Source: Candidatus Marinacidobacterales bacterium
GTDB lineage: Bacteria > Acidobacteriota > Vicinamibacteria > Marinacidobacterales > SMYC01
Assembly: GCA_965237955.1 (NCBI GenBank)
Contig: OZ250169.1
Coordinates: 2,368,001-2,432,000, forward strand
Direction: 5' to 3'
Length of the DNA: 64,000 nucleotides
A program made the position numbers and the translations under genes. Position 1 is the stretch's first letter, and each line of letters starts with the position of its first letter. The notes beneath the pieces were generated by a model. That model saw only the letters and a list, made by a program, of their open reading frames with translations, did not search any database and had not been told where the DNA came from. Of the stretch, positions 30,709-48,948 are shown piece after piece.

Positions 30709-31146
30709 ATGCCGCAGGATACAGGGGTTGGCCGGAACGTCGTTTTGGACGGTTTGGACTTCGCCAGCTTACGGCGGGTCTGGGAGCAGGCCTTCGGGGC
30801 TGCTCCCCCACGCTCGCTCTCTCGCGTTTTCATGCGCCGCGTTCTCTTGCACAAACGCCAGTGCCGGACCCATGGCGGGCATTCGGCCACAACCCGGCGC
30901 GCTCTGGCTGCCATGGCGAACGGGACGCCAGGCAACGGCGCCGCCGCTCCCGCAGGATCCGTTTCCCCCGGTACCCATCTCGTCCGCGAGTGGAATGGCC
31001 GGACCTACCAGGTCGAGGTAATCGACAACGGCTATCGGTTCGATGGCAAAACCTATCCGTCCCTCACTACCATCGCAAAGCGAATCACCGGCACCCACTG
31101 GTCAGGACCACGCTTTTTCGGTCTGACGCCCAAGCGCAAGGCCTAA
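30709..31146 (+). CDS. DUF2924 domain protein
   Basis: PGTHLVREWNG..YPSLTTIAKRITGTHWSGPRFFGL; directly upstream of a serine recombinase. Confidence 0.88.
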   Translation: MPQDTGVGRNVVLDGLDFASLRRVWEQAFGAAPPRSLSRVFMRRVLLHKRQCRTHGGHSATTRRALAAMANGTPGNGAAAPAGSVSPGTHLVREWNGRTYQVEVIDNGYRFDGKTYPSLTTIAKRITGTHWSGPRFFGLTPKRKA

Positions 31147-31147
31147 C

Positions 31148-32810
31148 ATGAAGAAGATCCGCTGTGCCATCTATACGCGAAAGAGTGCGGAAGAGGGTCT
31201 CGAGCAGGAGTTCAACTCCCTCGATGCGCAGCGAGAAGCCTGCGCCGCGTATGTCGCGAGCCACAAGGCGGAGGGCTGGGTGCTGCTGCCGACTGTCTAC
31301 GAGGACGCGGGGCTCTCGGGAGGAACCCTGGAGCGCCCGGGCCTGCAGCGCTTGCTCGCCGACATCGACGCAGGTCTCGTCGACCAGATTGTGGTCTACA
31401 AGGTCGACCGGCTGACCCGTTCCCTCTCCGACTTTGCAAAGCTCGTCGAGCGGCTCGAGGCGGCCGGCGCGGTTTTCGTCTCGGTGACTCAGTCCTTCAA
31501 CACCGCGACCAGCATGGGACGACTGACGCTGCATATGCTGCTGTCCTTCGCACAATTCGAACGCGAGGTCACGGCCGAGCGAATCCGCGATAAGGTCGCT
31601 GCCTCCAAGCGCAAGGGACTATGGATGGGCGGCCGCGTACCGCTCGGCTATGAGAAGGACGAGCGCACGCTGCGCATCAACGAGGCTGAGGCCGAAACGG
31701 TCCGGACGCTCTATGCGCTGTACCGGAAGCACGGAACGCTCCGGCAGGTGAAGGCCGAGGCGGACCGTCTGAGACTGCGCACCAAGCGACGCTTCGCCGC
31801 GGATGGAACCCGGACAGGCGGGTTGCCGTTCCGTCGCGGGCACCTCCACTGCTTGCTGACCAATCCTCTCTACGCCGGCCGCATCCGGCACCAGAGGCGT
31901 GTCTACGAGGGCCAGCATCCATCGATCATTGCTCCGGAACTCTGGGACACGGTCCAGGCGCAGCTGCAGGCAGGGGCTGCCAAACCAAGGAGACGCACGA
32001 CGAAGGGCCGCGCAGCCCCCTCCCCACTGGCAAGCAAGCTCTTCGACGAGACCGGGGACCGGCTGACGCCGAGCCACACCAAAAAGAAAAACGGGCAACG
32101 GCTCCGCTACTACGTCTCCCGGCGCCTCATCCAGCACAGTGGTCAAAAGGACCTCTCCGGCTGGCGACTGCCCGGCCCCGATGCTGGAACAGACCGTCGT
32201 GCATCTCATCCGACAGCATGTGGATGTCACGACCTTCTCGGCCTCGTTGATCCACACTCCGACGATGCAAGAGCTCGCCTCGGTGCGTCGCTTTTTAGAC
32301 GGGCTGTGTTCCGATACTAATGATGATAGTGCCTCGGCAGCCCCCCTGCTCCGTCTTATCCGGCAGGTCGATATCAGCCCCGGCTCTGTGTCCATCCTGC
32401 TCGACCGCAATGCGTTCGCTGATTGCCTGTCTATGGGACCTGACCGCATTCGCGAGGATGCACTCCGCATCCTCGCACCGTTCCGCTTGCGTCGACGCGG
32501 CGTCGAGACCAAGCTCGTTCTGGGCAACCCCACGAAATCCGTCGACCGCACACTCCTGCGCAATATCAGAAACGCCCTCTCCTGGCTCGACCGAATCAAA
32601 GCAGGCAAAACCTATGAGCAGATTGCCACCGAAAACGCCATCCCAACGGACCGCGTGCGCAAGGCAATCCGTTATGCCTTCCTGGCTCCCGACATCGTCC
32701 GCGCCATTGTCGAAGGCCGCCAGCCCGTTGGGCTGACCTCGAGCTACCTCTTGCATCATCCGCTTCCCGACGATTGGGAGAAACAGCGAGTGCTCGTCAA
32801 AACGCTGTGA
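31148..32810 (+). pseudogene. Large serine recombinase, frameshifted near 32171-32179
   Basis: CAIYTRKS, SLDAQREAC, YKVDRLTRS, FAQFERE; frame switches at WRLP/APMLEQ and ends LAPDIV..GRQP..W. Confidence 0.88.
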
Positions 32811-33610
32811 GCCTGCCAGCGCCCACTTCGTGAATGGCCTCGGTTAGCAGCAAGCTGCTCTCCGACACTGGCCTCCACCAATCAGACTTAAACTGGCCCA
32901 AATTCCCTGTCATGGTTTCCAGACTCGGATAGCTCCTTGTACTGGACCGTCTGCGGAGTCATCTTCGTTTCCTCCGTAAAACTCCGCTGGATGAATTCGA
33001 GGTTTGGCTAATTCGAATTCCGCTATTCGCCTTCTCCTCAGGCGCGATCTAGGCGTTGAGCTTCTTCTCATTGTCTGCACGATTAAGCGCAAAAACGTCC
33101 CGATAAGCCCCAAAATCGCCCCAAACTGCACGTTAATGGCCTGTTGTGCTCTGTTTCTGATCGTTTCCAGCCACGAACCGGAAGCTCCACTCGAGCCTCC
33201 CGACTGCGATAGCCGGAAAGATGTTCCCGTCGACGAACATTCGCTGATGAGACGTAAAGCCTTTTGCGGCAATGAGTAACGGTCGGAGCCGCCTCCGGAG
33301 GGTTTACGACACGGCCCTCTTTCAAGCGTCCAGGAGGTTGAGATTGCCGTACAAGACATTTGATTGAAGCAAATTCGATTCCGGCTCGGAACGAGCACCC
33401 GTCGATGAGATGTGCGGGGACCAGCACGTGGTTGCTTCCGTTAAGTCACTGTAAAAAAACAGGATAGAACGCTGTGGGCATCAGGGCTTCTCTGAGTTTT
33501 CGCTACATTGCCCCAACCACGCGCACGGCCAAAAGTTCGATCCTGACTCCCAAAATTGCCAAAATACCTTTTGCCGAGACCGGATGGCTCGAGACTGCAC
33601 CATCCGGGCA

Positions 33611-34036
33611 CTACCCGCGGATCCGCAATGTCACGTTGCCGGCAATCACGGTGTCGCCGTTTCTTTGCAGCCGCAGCCACACCGTGTAGGTTCCGGGGTA
33701 TCGATACTGATGGCTCGCGCTGAACCGGGTCTCGAGGTCCATGCCTTCTTCGTAAGGGTCGCAGTCCGGCGCGTACTCGGAGTCGGTATCGTCGTCCCAA
33801 TCCCAAACCTCGTCGAGGCAGTAGTACTTCTCGAGATCTTCGGTTTCGTCGAGATCTTCTAGTCGAGCACTGACACGGATGGTGACGACCGGGCGAGTCC
33901 GCTCGTTGGGCATGTATGGTCGCATGAACGTCGATCGAGGCGCTTTGAGCGTGAGCTTAGGCCCGTCGGCTCGAGTGGATGTGCTTGCCAGCGGGAGAAG
34001 GAGAACGGCGACTATAAGAACGATAATCTTCTTCAT
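33611..34036 (-). CDS. Secreted hypothetical protein, PKD-like
   Basis: Signal peptide; WDWDD..HQYRYPGTYTV. Confidence 0.7.
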   Translation of the reverse strand: MKKIIVLIVAVLLLPLASTSTRADGPKLTLKAPRSTFMRPYMPNERTRPVVTIRVSARLEDLDETEDLEKYYCLDEVWDWDDDTDSEYAPDCDPYEEGMDLETRFSASHQYRYPGTYTVWLRLQRNGDTVIAGNVTLRIRG

Positions 34037-34055
34037 CGTCCATCCATTTTACCAT

Positions 34056-36082
<2,027 letters not shown>

Positions 36083-36086
<4 letters not shown>

Positions 36087-37096
36087 GGGCCGCCGTTTCT
36101 GAGTCCGCCCCAACGGAACAAAGACGCACCGACGGTGAAGCCGGCGCCGACGGAGCTGAAGAGAATCAAGTCGCCTTTGTCGAGACGGCCGTCCTCGATC
36201 GCGTCGTAGAGCGCGAGAGGGATCGTCGCTGCGGTGGTATTGCCGAACTTGTGGATGTTCTTGACGACTTTCTCTTCGGGAAGCCCGAGCCGTTGACGCG
36301 CGGCGTCGAGAATGCGGACGTTCGCTTGATGTGCGATGAAAAGCGATACGTCGTCCGGGGTCAAGTCGTTTTTGCTCAGAAGAGACGTCGTCGTTTCGTA
36401 GGTCCGGCGCACCGCGTATTTGAACACTTGCCGGCCGTCCTGATGAACGTAGTGCATCTTTTGCTCGACGGTCTCCTCGGACGTCGGGTGCTGACTCCCG
36501 CCGCCCGGCATGTAGAGATATTGGCCGCCATACCCTTCGATTTTGTGTTGGTAGTCGATGAACCCGTGGTCGTCACCCTCGGCTGCCTCGAGGAGCACCG
36601 CCGCTGCGCCGTCGCCAAAAATGACGCAGGTGGCGCGATCCTTGTAGTCGACAATGCTGCTCATGACGTCGACGCCGACGACGAGCACGCGTTCGTGGGC
36701 GCCGCTCGCGATGAACTGAGAGCCCACGGTCAGCGAGTAGACGAAGCCGCAGCAGGCAGCGGAAAGATCGAATCCCCAGGCGCGCGACGCTTTCAGCTTG
36801 TCCTGCACCAAACACGCTGTCGACGGGAACATCATGTCGGGGGTGACGGTGCCGACGATGATGAGATCGACGTCGTCGGCGGTGATGCCGCGCCTGTCGA
36901 GAGCTTCCTGGGCGGCGGCAGCGGCAAGCTCGGAGGCGCCGGTCCCCTTTTCCACGATGCGGCGCTCGCGGATCCCGGTGCGCGCAAGGATCCATTGATC
37001 CGTAGTGTCGACCATAACCTCGAGGTCGTGGTTGCTCAGGACCTTGTCGGGCAGGAAACGACCAACCGCGGTGATGGTGGCGCGACGGAGCGTCAT
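36083..37096 (-). CDS. fabH: Beta-ketoacyl-ACP synthase III
   Basis: [35 protein letters not shown]. Confidence 0.95.
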
Positions 37097-37353
37097 TGGT
37101 GGTGTGGCCTCCGAGGGTGCGATGACATAATCCCCCATCCTACGCCGGCACCTCGGTTCGGTCAATCCCTAACGGTACCTAGGACTTACGCCTTTTGGCA
37201 ACGCGCCCGTTCTTCGAACGGGCTGGCGCTCCGCTCGCTGCACGAGGCGGCGCCCGCGATCGGGCAAAAAGGCTTTCGGTTGAGCACCGGGCGCGAAAGG
37301 CATAATATGTAGGGTTTCACGACTAACTGCTTGAGCGCAGTAGGGATAACGAC

Positions 37354-38016
37354 GTGGCAGGAGCAGCTTTCTACGACCTCGATGGCACGCTGGTGAGCAC
37401 CAATTTGGTGCACGTGTTCGCGTTCTACGCGCGCAACGACCAGGGCATTCTGAAAAGCCTCAATCGCACGGCAGCGACGGTGGCGGGGCTGCCTCTGTTC
37501 TTGGCTGCCGACGCCTATAGTCGCAAAGTCTTCAACGACATTTTCTTCAAGTGGTACAAAGGCCAGTCCGAGGACCGGCTGCGCTATCTGTCCGAAGATC
37601 TGTTCGAGGAAGTCATTCGCCCCGCCGTGTACCCGGGCGCTCTCCAGCTGCTCGAGAAATCCCGCAGCATCGGCTTGCGCCAGGTGGTAGTGACCGGTGC
37701 GCTCGACATCACCATCCAGCCGCTGATGCGCTATTTGGGTATCACCGAGTACGCCGCCAACCGACTCGAGTTCGTGGATGGACGGGCGACGGGGCGGCTG
37801 AAGCCGCCGGTTATGGCGAGCGCGACCAAAGCGTCGTGGATCCGCACCTATTCTGAAAAAGAAGGACTCCCGTTGAACGACTGCTACGCGTACGCCGACA
37901 GCATGAGCGATCTGCCGATGCTGTCCGTGGTCGGACACCCTACGGCGACGAACCCGGACCTCAGGCTCAAGAGCACAGCCCTTCGCCACGATTGGCCGAT
38001 CGTGAGTCTTCAATAA
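37354..38016 (+). CDS. HAD-IB family hydrolase (ElbB-like)
   Basis: [19 protein letters not shown]; first gene of the cluster. Confidence 0.88.
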   Translation: MAGAAFYDLDGTLVSTNLVHVFAFYARNDQGILKSLNRTAATVAGLPLFLAADAYSRKVFNDIFFKWYKGQSEDRLRYLSEDLFEEVIRPAVYPGALQLLEKSRSIGLRQVVVTGALDITIQPLMRYLGITEYAANRLEFVDGRATGRLKPPVMASATKASWIRTYSEKEGLPLNDCYAYADSMSDLPMLSVVGHPTATNPDLRLKSTALRHDWPIVSLQ

Positions 38017-39611
38017 TGCCGGTTCTCCGTAGAAAGCTCGACCCCGGTACGGTTCACATCGACACCGATTCCGCGCCGCGAGTCATTCAATTTGGCGAAG
38101 ACTTTTGGGAAGAGGACCTCCCGGTCGGCACCCGGGTGATCTACCCGAAGCCGCCGATACAGGGACTTCCGAACCCGCGCGGTGCGATCCGCCACGCCAT
38201 CAATCACCCGCTCGGCTGCGATCCGCTCCACGCGCAGCTGAAGCCGGGCATGAAGGTGACCATCGCCATCGATGACATCAGCTTGCCGCTACCACCGATG
38301 GTGACTCCCGATACCCGTCAGACGGCGCTCGAAGTGGTGCTCGAGCTTTTGTCCGACCATGGCGTCGACGACATCCACATCATCATCGCCAACTCGCTCC
38401 ACCGAAAGTTGACGGAAGCGGAGATGCGCCGGATGGTGGGTCGCGAGATCAAAGACGCGTTCTATCCCGATCGCTATTACTGCCACGACGCCGAAGAGCC
38501 CGATGGTCTCGTGAGTCTCGGCGAGACGCGCCACGGGGAAGAGCTCCTCATCAACCGACGCGCGTGTGAGAGCGATCTCGTCATCTACATCAACATCAAC
38601 CTCGTACCCATGGACGGCGGCCATAAATCGGTCACGGTGGGCCTTTGCGACTATCGCAGCTTGACGTACCACCATGAGCCGCAAACGATCATCGATTCCG
38701 ACGGCTACATGGATCCGGCGAAATCGGAGCTCAACCACAAGTGTGTTCGCATGGGTGCTCTCGTGAACGAGCACCTCAACGTGTTCCACATCGAGACGGT
38801 ATTGAACAACCGCATGTACGCCGACCAGCTCGATTTTCTCGGAAAGAACGAGGACGACTTCACTGAGCTCGACCGCATCAAGCTGAAGGCAACGAAGTGG
38901 TCGACGTCGAAGTTACCACGAGCGATGAAGCGATCGTTTCTCCACAACATCCCGTCGCCGTTCGAGATGATCGCGTGCTACGCTGGGCGAACGGATCCCG
39001 TACACGACAAGACTCTCGAGCGTTGCTTCGACCAATACGCGGTCAAAGTGAAAGGGCAGTGCGACATTCTGATCGTCGGTGTTCCCTACATCTCGCCCTA
39101 CAACGTGAACTCGATCCTGAACCCGCTTCTCGTCCAAGTGATGGGGCCGGGGTACTTCTTCAACCTCTATCGCGGCAAGCCGCTGGTACGCAAAGGTGGC
39201 GTGCTCATTCTCTGCCACCCGTGCTACGACGACTTCGATGCGGCGTTCCACCCGAGCTACATCGAGTTCTTCCACCGCCTGCTGCCCGAGACCAACGATG
39301 CGTTCACGCTTCGAGAGAAGTACGAAGAGGAGTTCGCTACCAACCCCAGCTACATCCAGATGTATCGGCAGGGAAACGCGTACCACGGTGCCCATCCTTT
39401 CTTCATGTGGTATTGGGGCGAGAACGGCCGGCGTCACGTCAGCAAGATCATCGCCGCCGGCGCCGAGAACTCGCACGTACCCGAGCTTTTGGGCTGGGAT
39501 CGCGCCCAGACGCTCGCCGAAGCCATCGCCAACGCGCGCTCTCACATGGGCCGCTCCGCCGAGATTACGATGTTGCACCTGCCGCCGATTATGATCCCCG
39601 AGGTTGAGTAG
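38016..39611 (+). CDS. Lactate-racemase (LarA/DUF2088)-like domain protein (ElbC-like)
   Basis: [27 protein letters not shown]; TAATG coupling to the HAD gene. Confidence 0.75.
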   Translation: MPVLRRKLDPGTVHIDTDSAPRVIQFGEDFWEEDLPVGTRVIYPKPPIQGLPNPRGAIRHAINHPLGCDPLHAQLKPGMKVTIAIDDISLPLPPMVTPDTRQTALEVVLELLSDHGVDDIHIIIANSLHRKLTEAEMRRMVGREIKDAFYPDRYYCHDAEEPDGLVSLGETRHGEELLINRRACESDLVIYININLVPMDGGHKSVTVGLCDYRSLTYHHEPQTIIDSDGYMDPAKSELNHKCVRMGALVNEHLNVFHIETVLNNRMYADQLDFLGKNEDDFTELDRIKLKATKWSTSKLPRAMKRSFLHNIPSPFEMIACYAGRTDPVHDKTLERCFDQYAVKVKGQCDILIVGVPYISPYNVNSILNPLLVQVMGPGYFFNLYRGKPLVRKGGVLILCHPCYDDFDAAFHPSYIEFFHRLLPETNDAFTLREKYEEEFATNPSYIQMYRQGNAYHGAHPFFMWYWGENGRRHVSKIIAAGAENSHVPELLGWDRAQTLAEAIANARSHMGRSAEITMLHLPPIMIPEVE

Positions 39612-39620
39612 CCTCGAAGC

Positions 39621-43982
<4,362 letters not shown>

Positions 43983-43989
43983 ACCCGGA

Positions 43990-44982
43990 ATGCCTAAGAC
44001 ACTCATCACCGGGGCGACCGGGTTCCTCGGGTCACACCTGATCGATCTTCTCGGTCTTGAAAGGCGCCAGAGTCTTCGTGTTCTGGCACGGGAGAGCCGT
44101 CCCGAGGTCGACATCGAAGTGGTTGAGGGGTCGATTCTTGACTCCGAAGCGGTGGAGAAAGCCGTCGACGGCGTCGAGCGCATCTATCACTTTGCCGGCA
44201 AAGTATCTCGCCATCCCGACGACGTGCGAGAGCTCTACCGCGTTCACGTCGAGGGGACGACGACGCTTTGCCGCGCCGCCAAGAGCGCGGGCGTGAAGCG
44301 CATCGTGGTTGCGTCGACGAGTGGCACGATGGCGGTGACCGAGGACGGCGAGACGATTCCGGATGAAACCACACCGCCTCCACTCGAGCTCATCGGCGGC
44401 TGGCCATACTACACGAGCAAGCTCTATCAGGAAGAAGCCGCGAAACGCGAATGCGAAGGCGGTCCCGAGATCGTCATCCTGAACCCGAGCCTTCTTCTTG
44501 GCCCGGGCGATAAAAGGCTTTCCTCGACGGAAGACGTGTTGAGGTTTCTAGCCCGGGACATTCCCGTCATCCCTCCCGGTGGCGTGAACTTCGTCGATGT
44601 TCGTGACGTCGCCGAAGCATTTCGAAGCGCGATGGAAAAAGGCCTCTCGGGGGAGCGATATCTTCTCGGTGGCCCGAACTGGAGCTTCAAGATGTTTTTC
44701 GAGCGCCTCGAGCGCATCAGCAAAGTGAAGGGCCCCAAAGTGAAGCTGCCCGAGGCGATGTACTCGATCGCGGGGATGGCCGTCGACGCGTTCTACCGCC
44801 AGCTGGACAAAGCACCCCCCGTGGATCGCGTGAGCGTCGAGATGGGACGGCGCTTCTGGTACCTCGACGCCTCGAAAGCGGAACGCGAGCTCGACTTCCA
44901 CGCCCGAGATCCCTACGAGACCCTTCACGAAACCGTCGCTTACATCAAGAAAGAGCTCCTCGGCGCTTCCGTTCTGAGCTAA
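43990..44982 (+). CDS. NAD-dependent epimerase/dehydratase (extended SDR, ElbE-like)
   Basis: TGATGFLG, YYTSK. Confidence 0.88.
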   Translation: MPKTLITGATGFLGSHLIDLLGLERRQSLRVLARESRPEVDIEVVEGSILDSEAVEKAVDGVERIYHFAGKVSRHPDDVRELYRVHVEGTTTLCRAAKSAGVKRIVVASTSGTMAVTEDGETIPDETTPPPLELIGGWPYYTSKLYQEEAAKRECEGGPEIVILNPSLLLGPGDKRLSSTEDVLRFLARDIPVIPPGGVNFVDVRDVAEAFRSAMEKGLSGERYLLGGPNWSFKMFFERLERISKVKGPKVKLPEAMYSIAGMAVDAFYRQLDKAPPVDRVSVEMGRRFWYLDASKAERELDFHARDPYETLHETVAYIKKELLGASVLS

Positions 44983-45050
44983 AGGGCCCGCGCAAGAATA
45001 ACTTCACATTTTCGGACGCCGATGCATCCCGTCTGGCTGCGTTGCTCGCT

Positions 45051-46135
45051 GCCTTGGTGCACAACTCCGATAGAGGCCGAGAGCTCGCTTGGCCCCGACT
45101 CCCATCATCCGATCATCTCGCTATCAGGCATCCCGAGCGCCGTCATGGTGTTGAGAATCTTGCACCCGATCCTTGCCTCGACTCTCTGTGCCGCCAACCC
45201 TCTCGCTCGCATCGCTGAGCCCACGATAGCCTTGTAGCGATGGAACGTTGTCTCGACTTTGCTCCGTTTGCTGTAGCCCGATTCTGTGTGCCACTTTCGT
45301 TTGCCGAGCCGATCTTGTGCTGCAATGTTGCGATTGCGCTGTCGGCTGCTCGCCGGCCCCGATGCGAGCTGGGCGCCCTTGCGCGGCGGTATCAGCACCC
45401 TCGGCGAGCGATGAGCGCTGTGATTCTCGATCGCCTCATAGACGCCGCTGGCGTCGTATGCGGTGTCAGCTCTGGCCGATAAGATGGGACTGTCAATCTG
45501 TCCAACAAGCGATGCAACCCGCGATGAATCGCGGGCTCTTTTGCTCGTCAGCTCGCCGGCGACGACTTCGCCACTCTGCTCGTCGACACACAGATGGAGC
45601 TTGCGATAGTCCCTGCTCTTTGGTGCTCTGCGCAGCTGGCCGGCGTGGACAGCGAGACCGCTGCTGTCGATCAAGATGTGCAACGGCGTCTTCTGCTTGT
45701 CTTGGTAGAAGGGGACCTTACCCAGCTTCGCCTTGCGCCTCGAGATCGTGGTGTGATCGGGCACATCATTGTCTAGCTTCATCAGAGCGAACAACGATCG
45801 CAGCAATCCCTCGCTCTGCCTAGATGACAGATGAAACACCATGCCCAGGGTGACAGCCGTCTCGATGGCGTGGTTCGAGTACTTGCGTTGACGGCCCGGT
45901 TTCCTCCTCCTCGGCCGGGGCGCGTCCCAGTTCACAAGCTTGCCGGCGGTGAGCGAGATCCAGACGGTCAGGCTCCCACGGTTGCGTAGACCCGCCTCAT
46001 ATTCACGCCAATTCCTCACGCGATAGGCCTTCTTCACATACTTCCGCTGAGTGCGTTTGAAAATGCTCATGGGGAACCTCGAATCCGTGAGTAAAGGACA
46101 ATTGTGGACCGAGATCGCGAGTTGTGCACCAAGGC
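45051..46135 (-). mobile_element. IS5-family (IS903-like) insertion sequence; transposase 45105-46070
   Basis: IRs GCCTTGGTGCACAACTC; YRVRNWREY..RGSLTVW, PDHTTISRR, IDSSGL, ADTAYD, RSKVET; no TSD found. Confidence 0.92.
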
Positions 46136-47865
46136 AGCTCCCCGGCCTCTTCGTACTCGCCGACGATGATCCAGAAAACGTTCTTCGTCGCGTAACGGGA
46201 CACGAGGTAGCGAATGTAGCGCTGGTACTGCTCCTGGGTCTCGTACTCCTGGTAGCCTTCGTTGCCCCACGAGAAGAAGAGTCCCGCCACCATCCCACGC
46301 GCATTCATGTAATCGATCTTGTGGTCGATGAGGCGGAAGTAGTCCGGGTTCAACCAGTCGGTGTCGAACATCTCCCGGTCGGGATCCTGCACGCGGTAGA
46401 TCGGCCCGCTCTCGCTCGCGAGAAAGTCGTGCACGACGCCGTGAGCGTAGTTGAAGTGCTGCGCGGCGCGATCGTCGATCATGCTTTGGAACGTTCCGTC
46501 GAGAAATCTCAAGTTGTAGTACATGTGCCAGATCGTGTCGCCGAGGAAGAAGAACGGCTCACCCGTCCCCGCCCACTCGAAGGTATACGGAAGCGTCGGT
46601 GACACGCGCACGTAGCCTTGGCTCGTCGAAGCTTCGGCTACGAACGTTCCCGCCTTGCCGTGGAGGGAAGGATCGTTCGAGCTTACGCGCCAGCTCCACA
46701 GACCCGGCTCCGTTGGGAGAACGCGTACTTTGTAGAGTGCCCCGCCATCCCAAAAGCCGTCGATCCGGATCGTGCGCGTCGGACCTTCGAAGGTCGCTCT
46801 CAGGGAAATGTCAGTGTACGGGTTCTGGCGCGATGTCGACGACAGGAAGACGAGCTCGTGCTCGGTGTGCGTCGGGACGACGGCAGGATCGCCCGCTCGC
46901 GTCTCGAATCGCCGCGGGGCGCTCCACGCACCCCAACCGTGTGCGTTTCGAAGGCGCACGTGCGCGAAGTAGGTTGCGCCATCGGACAGCGGACCGCTCC
47001 GCACGTAAGGGTTCGCGCTCGGTACAAGTCCCGAGTCCCATACGATGGCTGAGTCGGGATCCGGCGTACTCGTAACCCGAGCGTGGTAGCGGGTGTGACG
47101 CTCGGACGCCCAATCGAGGATCGGCGTGAGCGTGTCAGCTACCGGGCGCGGGTTGTTGATGATGGGTTCCACCGGGGGCGCTCCCAAAGCGTAGATCTTC
47201 ACGTTCGAATAGACGGCGTCGAGGATGGCGTTGTTGCGCGTGTTGGTCCCGATACGGATGTCGTGGATGGCTGGACGGTAGGTGCTACGGTAGACGAACG
47301 GCCACCGATCGGTGTCGCGACCGTCGATGAAGAAACGGATCAGCCCGTCTTTCCATTCGAGGCGCATGCGGTACTTTTTCGATTCGTCCCACGGAAACGG
47401 GCCGACGGACGAATAGTCTTCGAACTGGTTCACGCCGTCGGTGTTCATGATGAGCTTGAGATGGTTGGCGAAGTACGCTTCCTCGTCGCGGCCGTTCCGT
47501 TGCAAGACAAACTTGAACGGGTTGAGGCGGACGTCCGGTGCATAGACGTGGCGGGGATCTCCGAACGACGCGTCGTACATGCTGAGGATCTGGCCCCGGT
47601 GGTTCTGCTCCCGGGTGTCGTCGAAACGGAGGCCGGTCACGTCGAATTCGATCGCTCCCGCCTCGATCGGTATCGCCGGGGTGTAGCGGATGTTGTCGGA
47701 CGCGCCGGTGACCCTCCAGCCACCGGCGACGAACTGGCCGGGACCGTTGTCCCGGACGCCTGTAGTCGTTCCACCAGTCAGCGGATCGTCAACGACCAAG
47801 CGTCCTTGAGCGCTGACTGAAGCGGCTATAAGTACATAAAACGCAAAGGCTTTGGGGGTTCGCAT
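46136..47865 (-). pseudogene. Secreted DUF5060/DUF4038-like (putative glycoside hydrolase) protein, 3' truncated by the IS
   Basis: Signal peptide, GFWDGG..YKVR..P..PG.WSW, FFFLGDTIW, YLVSRY..W.IVGEY then IS end. Confidence 0.75.
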
Positions 47866-47982
47866 CGGCTCTTCGCTCCGTCATCAAAAGTCTTCAGACG
47901 GTAGCCCCGGAAGTGGAGCCTCGCGGTGATGTCGAGTGGGGGGGTTTAACCCGCAGGAAAAGCGTGGGGAAAACCCCACAAT

Positions 47983-48948
47983 TTAAGAGGACAACTCGAA
48001 GAGAGCGGGAAGTCGCCGGCGCCGCGCTTGCAGGAGGGCGCGCAGCAGCGGGAGATCCGAATCGTCGTTCGTCGTCCGCGGATAGAACTCTGGTTCGTCG
48101 TCGGCAACGGGGACAATCGGCCCTGAGAACGTGGGCCAGCCGAAGCTCAGCTCGGGGAAATCGCGACGGGGATAGTGAATGTTCGCCCAGCTTGCAGTGG
48201 GGTAAATGTAGTTGCCGTAGCCGGCGTCATCGGGCGCACGCCCCGAGGAGCACGACATCATCACGTAGGGCCAGCGGTTTGTGACTCGCCGCAGCATCCG
48301 GTTCACCCGCGGAGCACCCCAGCCTTTCCCGTGAGCTTCGACTTCGTTTCCGAGCTCGAGGAGCAGATTCGAAAGATCCTGGAACGCATCCACGACCTCG
48401 AGGACGTACTGCTCGGTCTCAGGGAAACGTCGGTAGAGAGGGCCTCTGCTTTCGAACTGCGTCACCAGGATGACGTACTCCAAGATGGCCCCGCTCGGAG
48501 CGAAGACGCGCTCGATCGTCTCGCGCACGGTACGGATGTGCTGCGCGGAGGGATGTAGCCCGCTGGCATCGACCGCGCGGTGTTTCGGGACGCGATCGAG
48601 AAGCGGGTCGGGCGGCCAAAAGGATGTGTTGGAGAAAACGCGGAAGACTTTGATTCCTTCGTTGAGTCCGCGCTCGACCCAAGCCATCCGCTCGTCGAGC
48701 GAGCGGCCGAAAAGACCAAAGCTCGTGTAGCCGTAGTAGTCGAAGTTGAACCGTCCCTGGATGACGAGCGGCCGGAACCCGGGATGCTTCGTTTCGTATT
48801 CTGGGCTTCGAAGGAGCGTTTCCCTGAGGTCGGCTTCGCTCATGCCCGCGTTCATGCGTTCGTTGTAGAACGACAGTCCACCGGCGTCGGGTTCGCGGGT
48901 GAGGATCTCCCGGTACGCGTCGGCGATGATGGGCGTGAAATCGGGCAT
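47983..48948 (-). CDS. DUF4214-like N-terminal module fused to a putative GH-A-like barrel
   Basis: AYREILTREPDAGGL..LLRSPEY; ELGNE, HYPR, DDEP; TGATG coupling to the upstream gene. Confidence 0.65.
   Translation of the reverse strand: MPDFTPIIADAYREILTREPDAGGLSFYNERMNAGMSEADLRETLLRSPEYETKHPGFRPLVIQGRFNFDYYGYTSFGLFGRSLDERMAWVERGLNEGIKVFRVFSNTSFWPPDPLLDRVPKHRAVDASGLHPSAQHIRTVRETIERVFAPSGAILEYVILVTQFESRGPLYRRFPETEQYVLEVVDAFQDLSNLLLELGNEVEAHGKGWGAPRVNRMLRRVTNRWPYVMMSCSSGRAPDDAGYGNYIYPTASWANIHYPRRDFPELSFGWPTFSGPIVPVADDEPEFYPRTTNDDSDLPLLRALLQARRRRLPALFELSS

Noticed and set aside
28724-32810. Prophage
   Set aside because: Only a weak terminase-small-like ORF and a recombinase; no structural, portal or lysis genes
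32910-33600. Short ORFs in the lower-GC stretch at the island's right edge
   Set aside because: No recognisable motifs or convincing starts; left unannotated
45006-45022. CATTTTCGGACGCCG as another CG-type end in the core half
   Set aside because: Short partial match lacking the ACACGACG terminus; could be chance
47866-47985. Possible riboswitch upstream of the DUF4038-like gene
   Set aside because: G/C-run hairpin potential only; no aptamer consensus I can recognise
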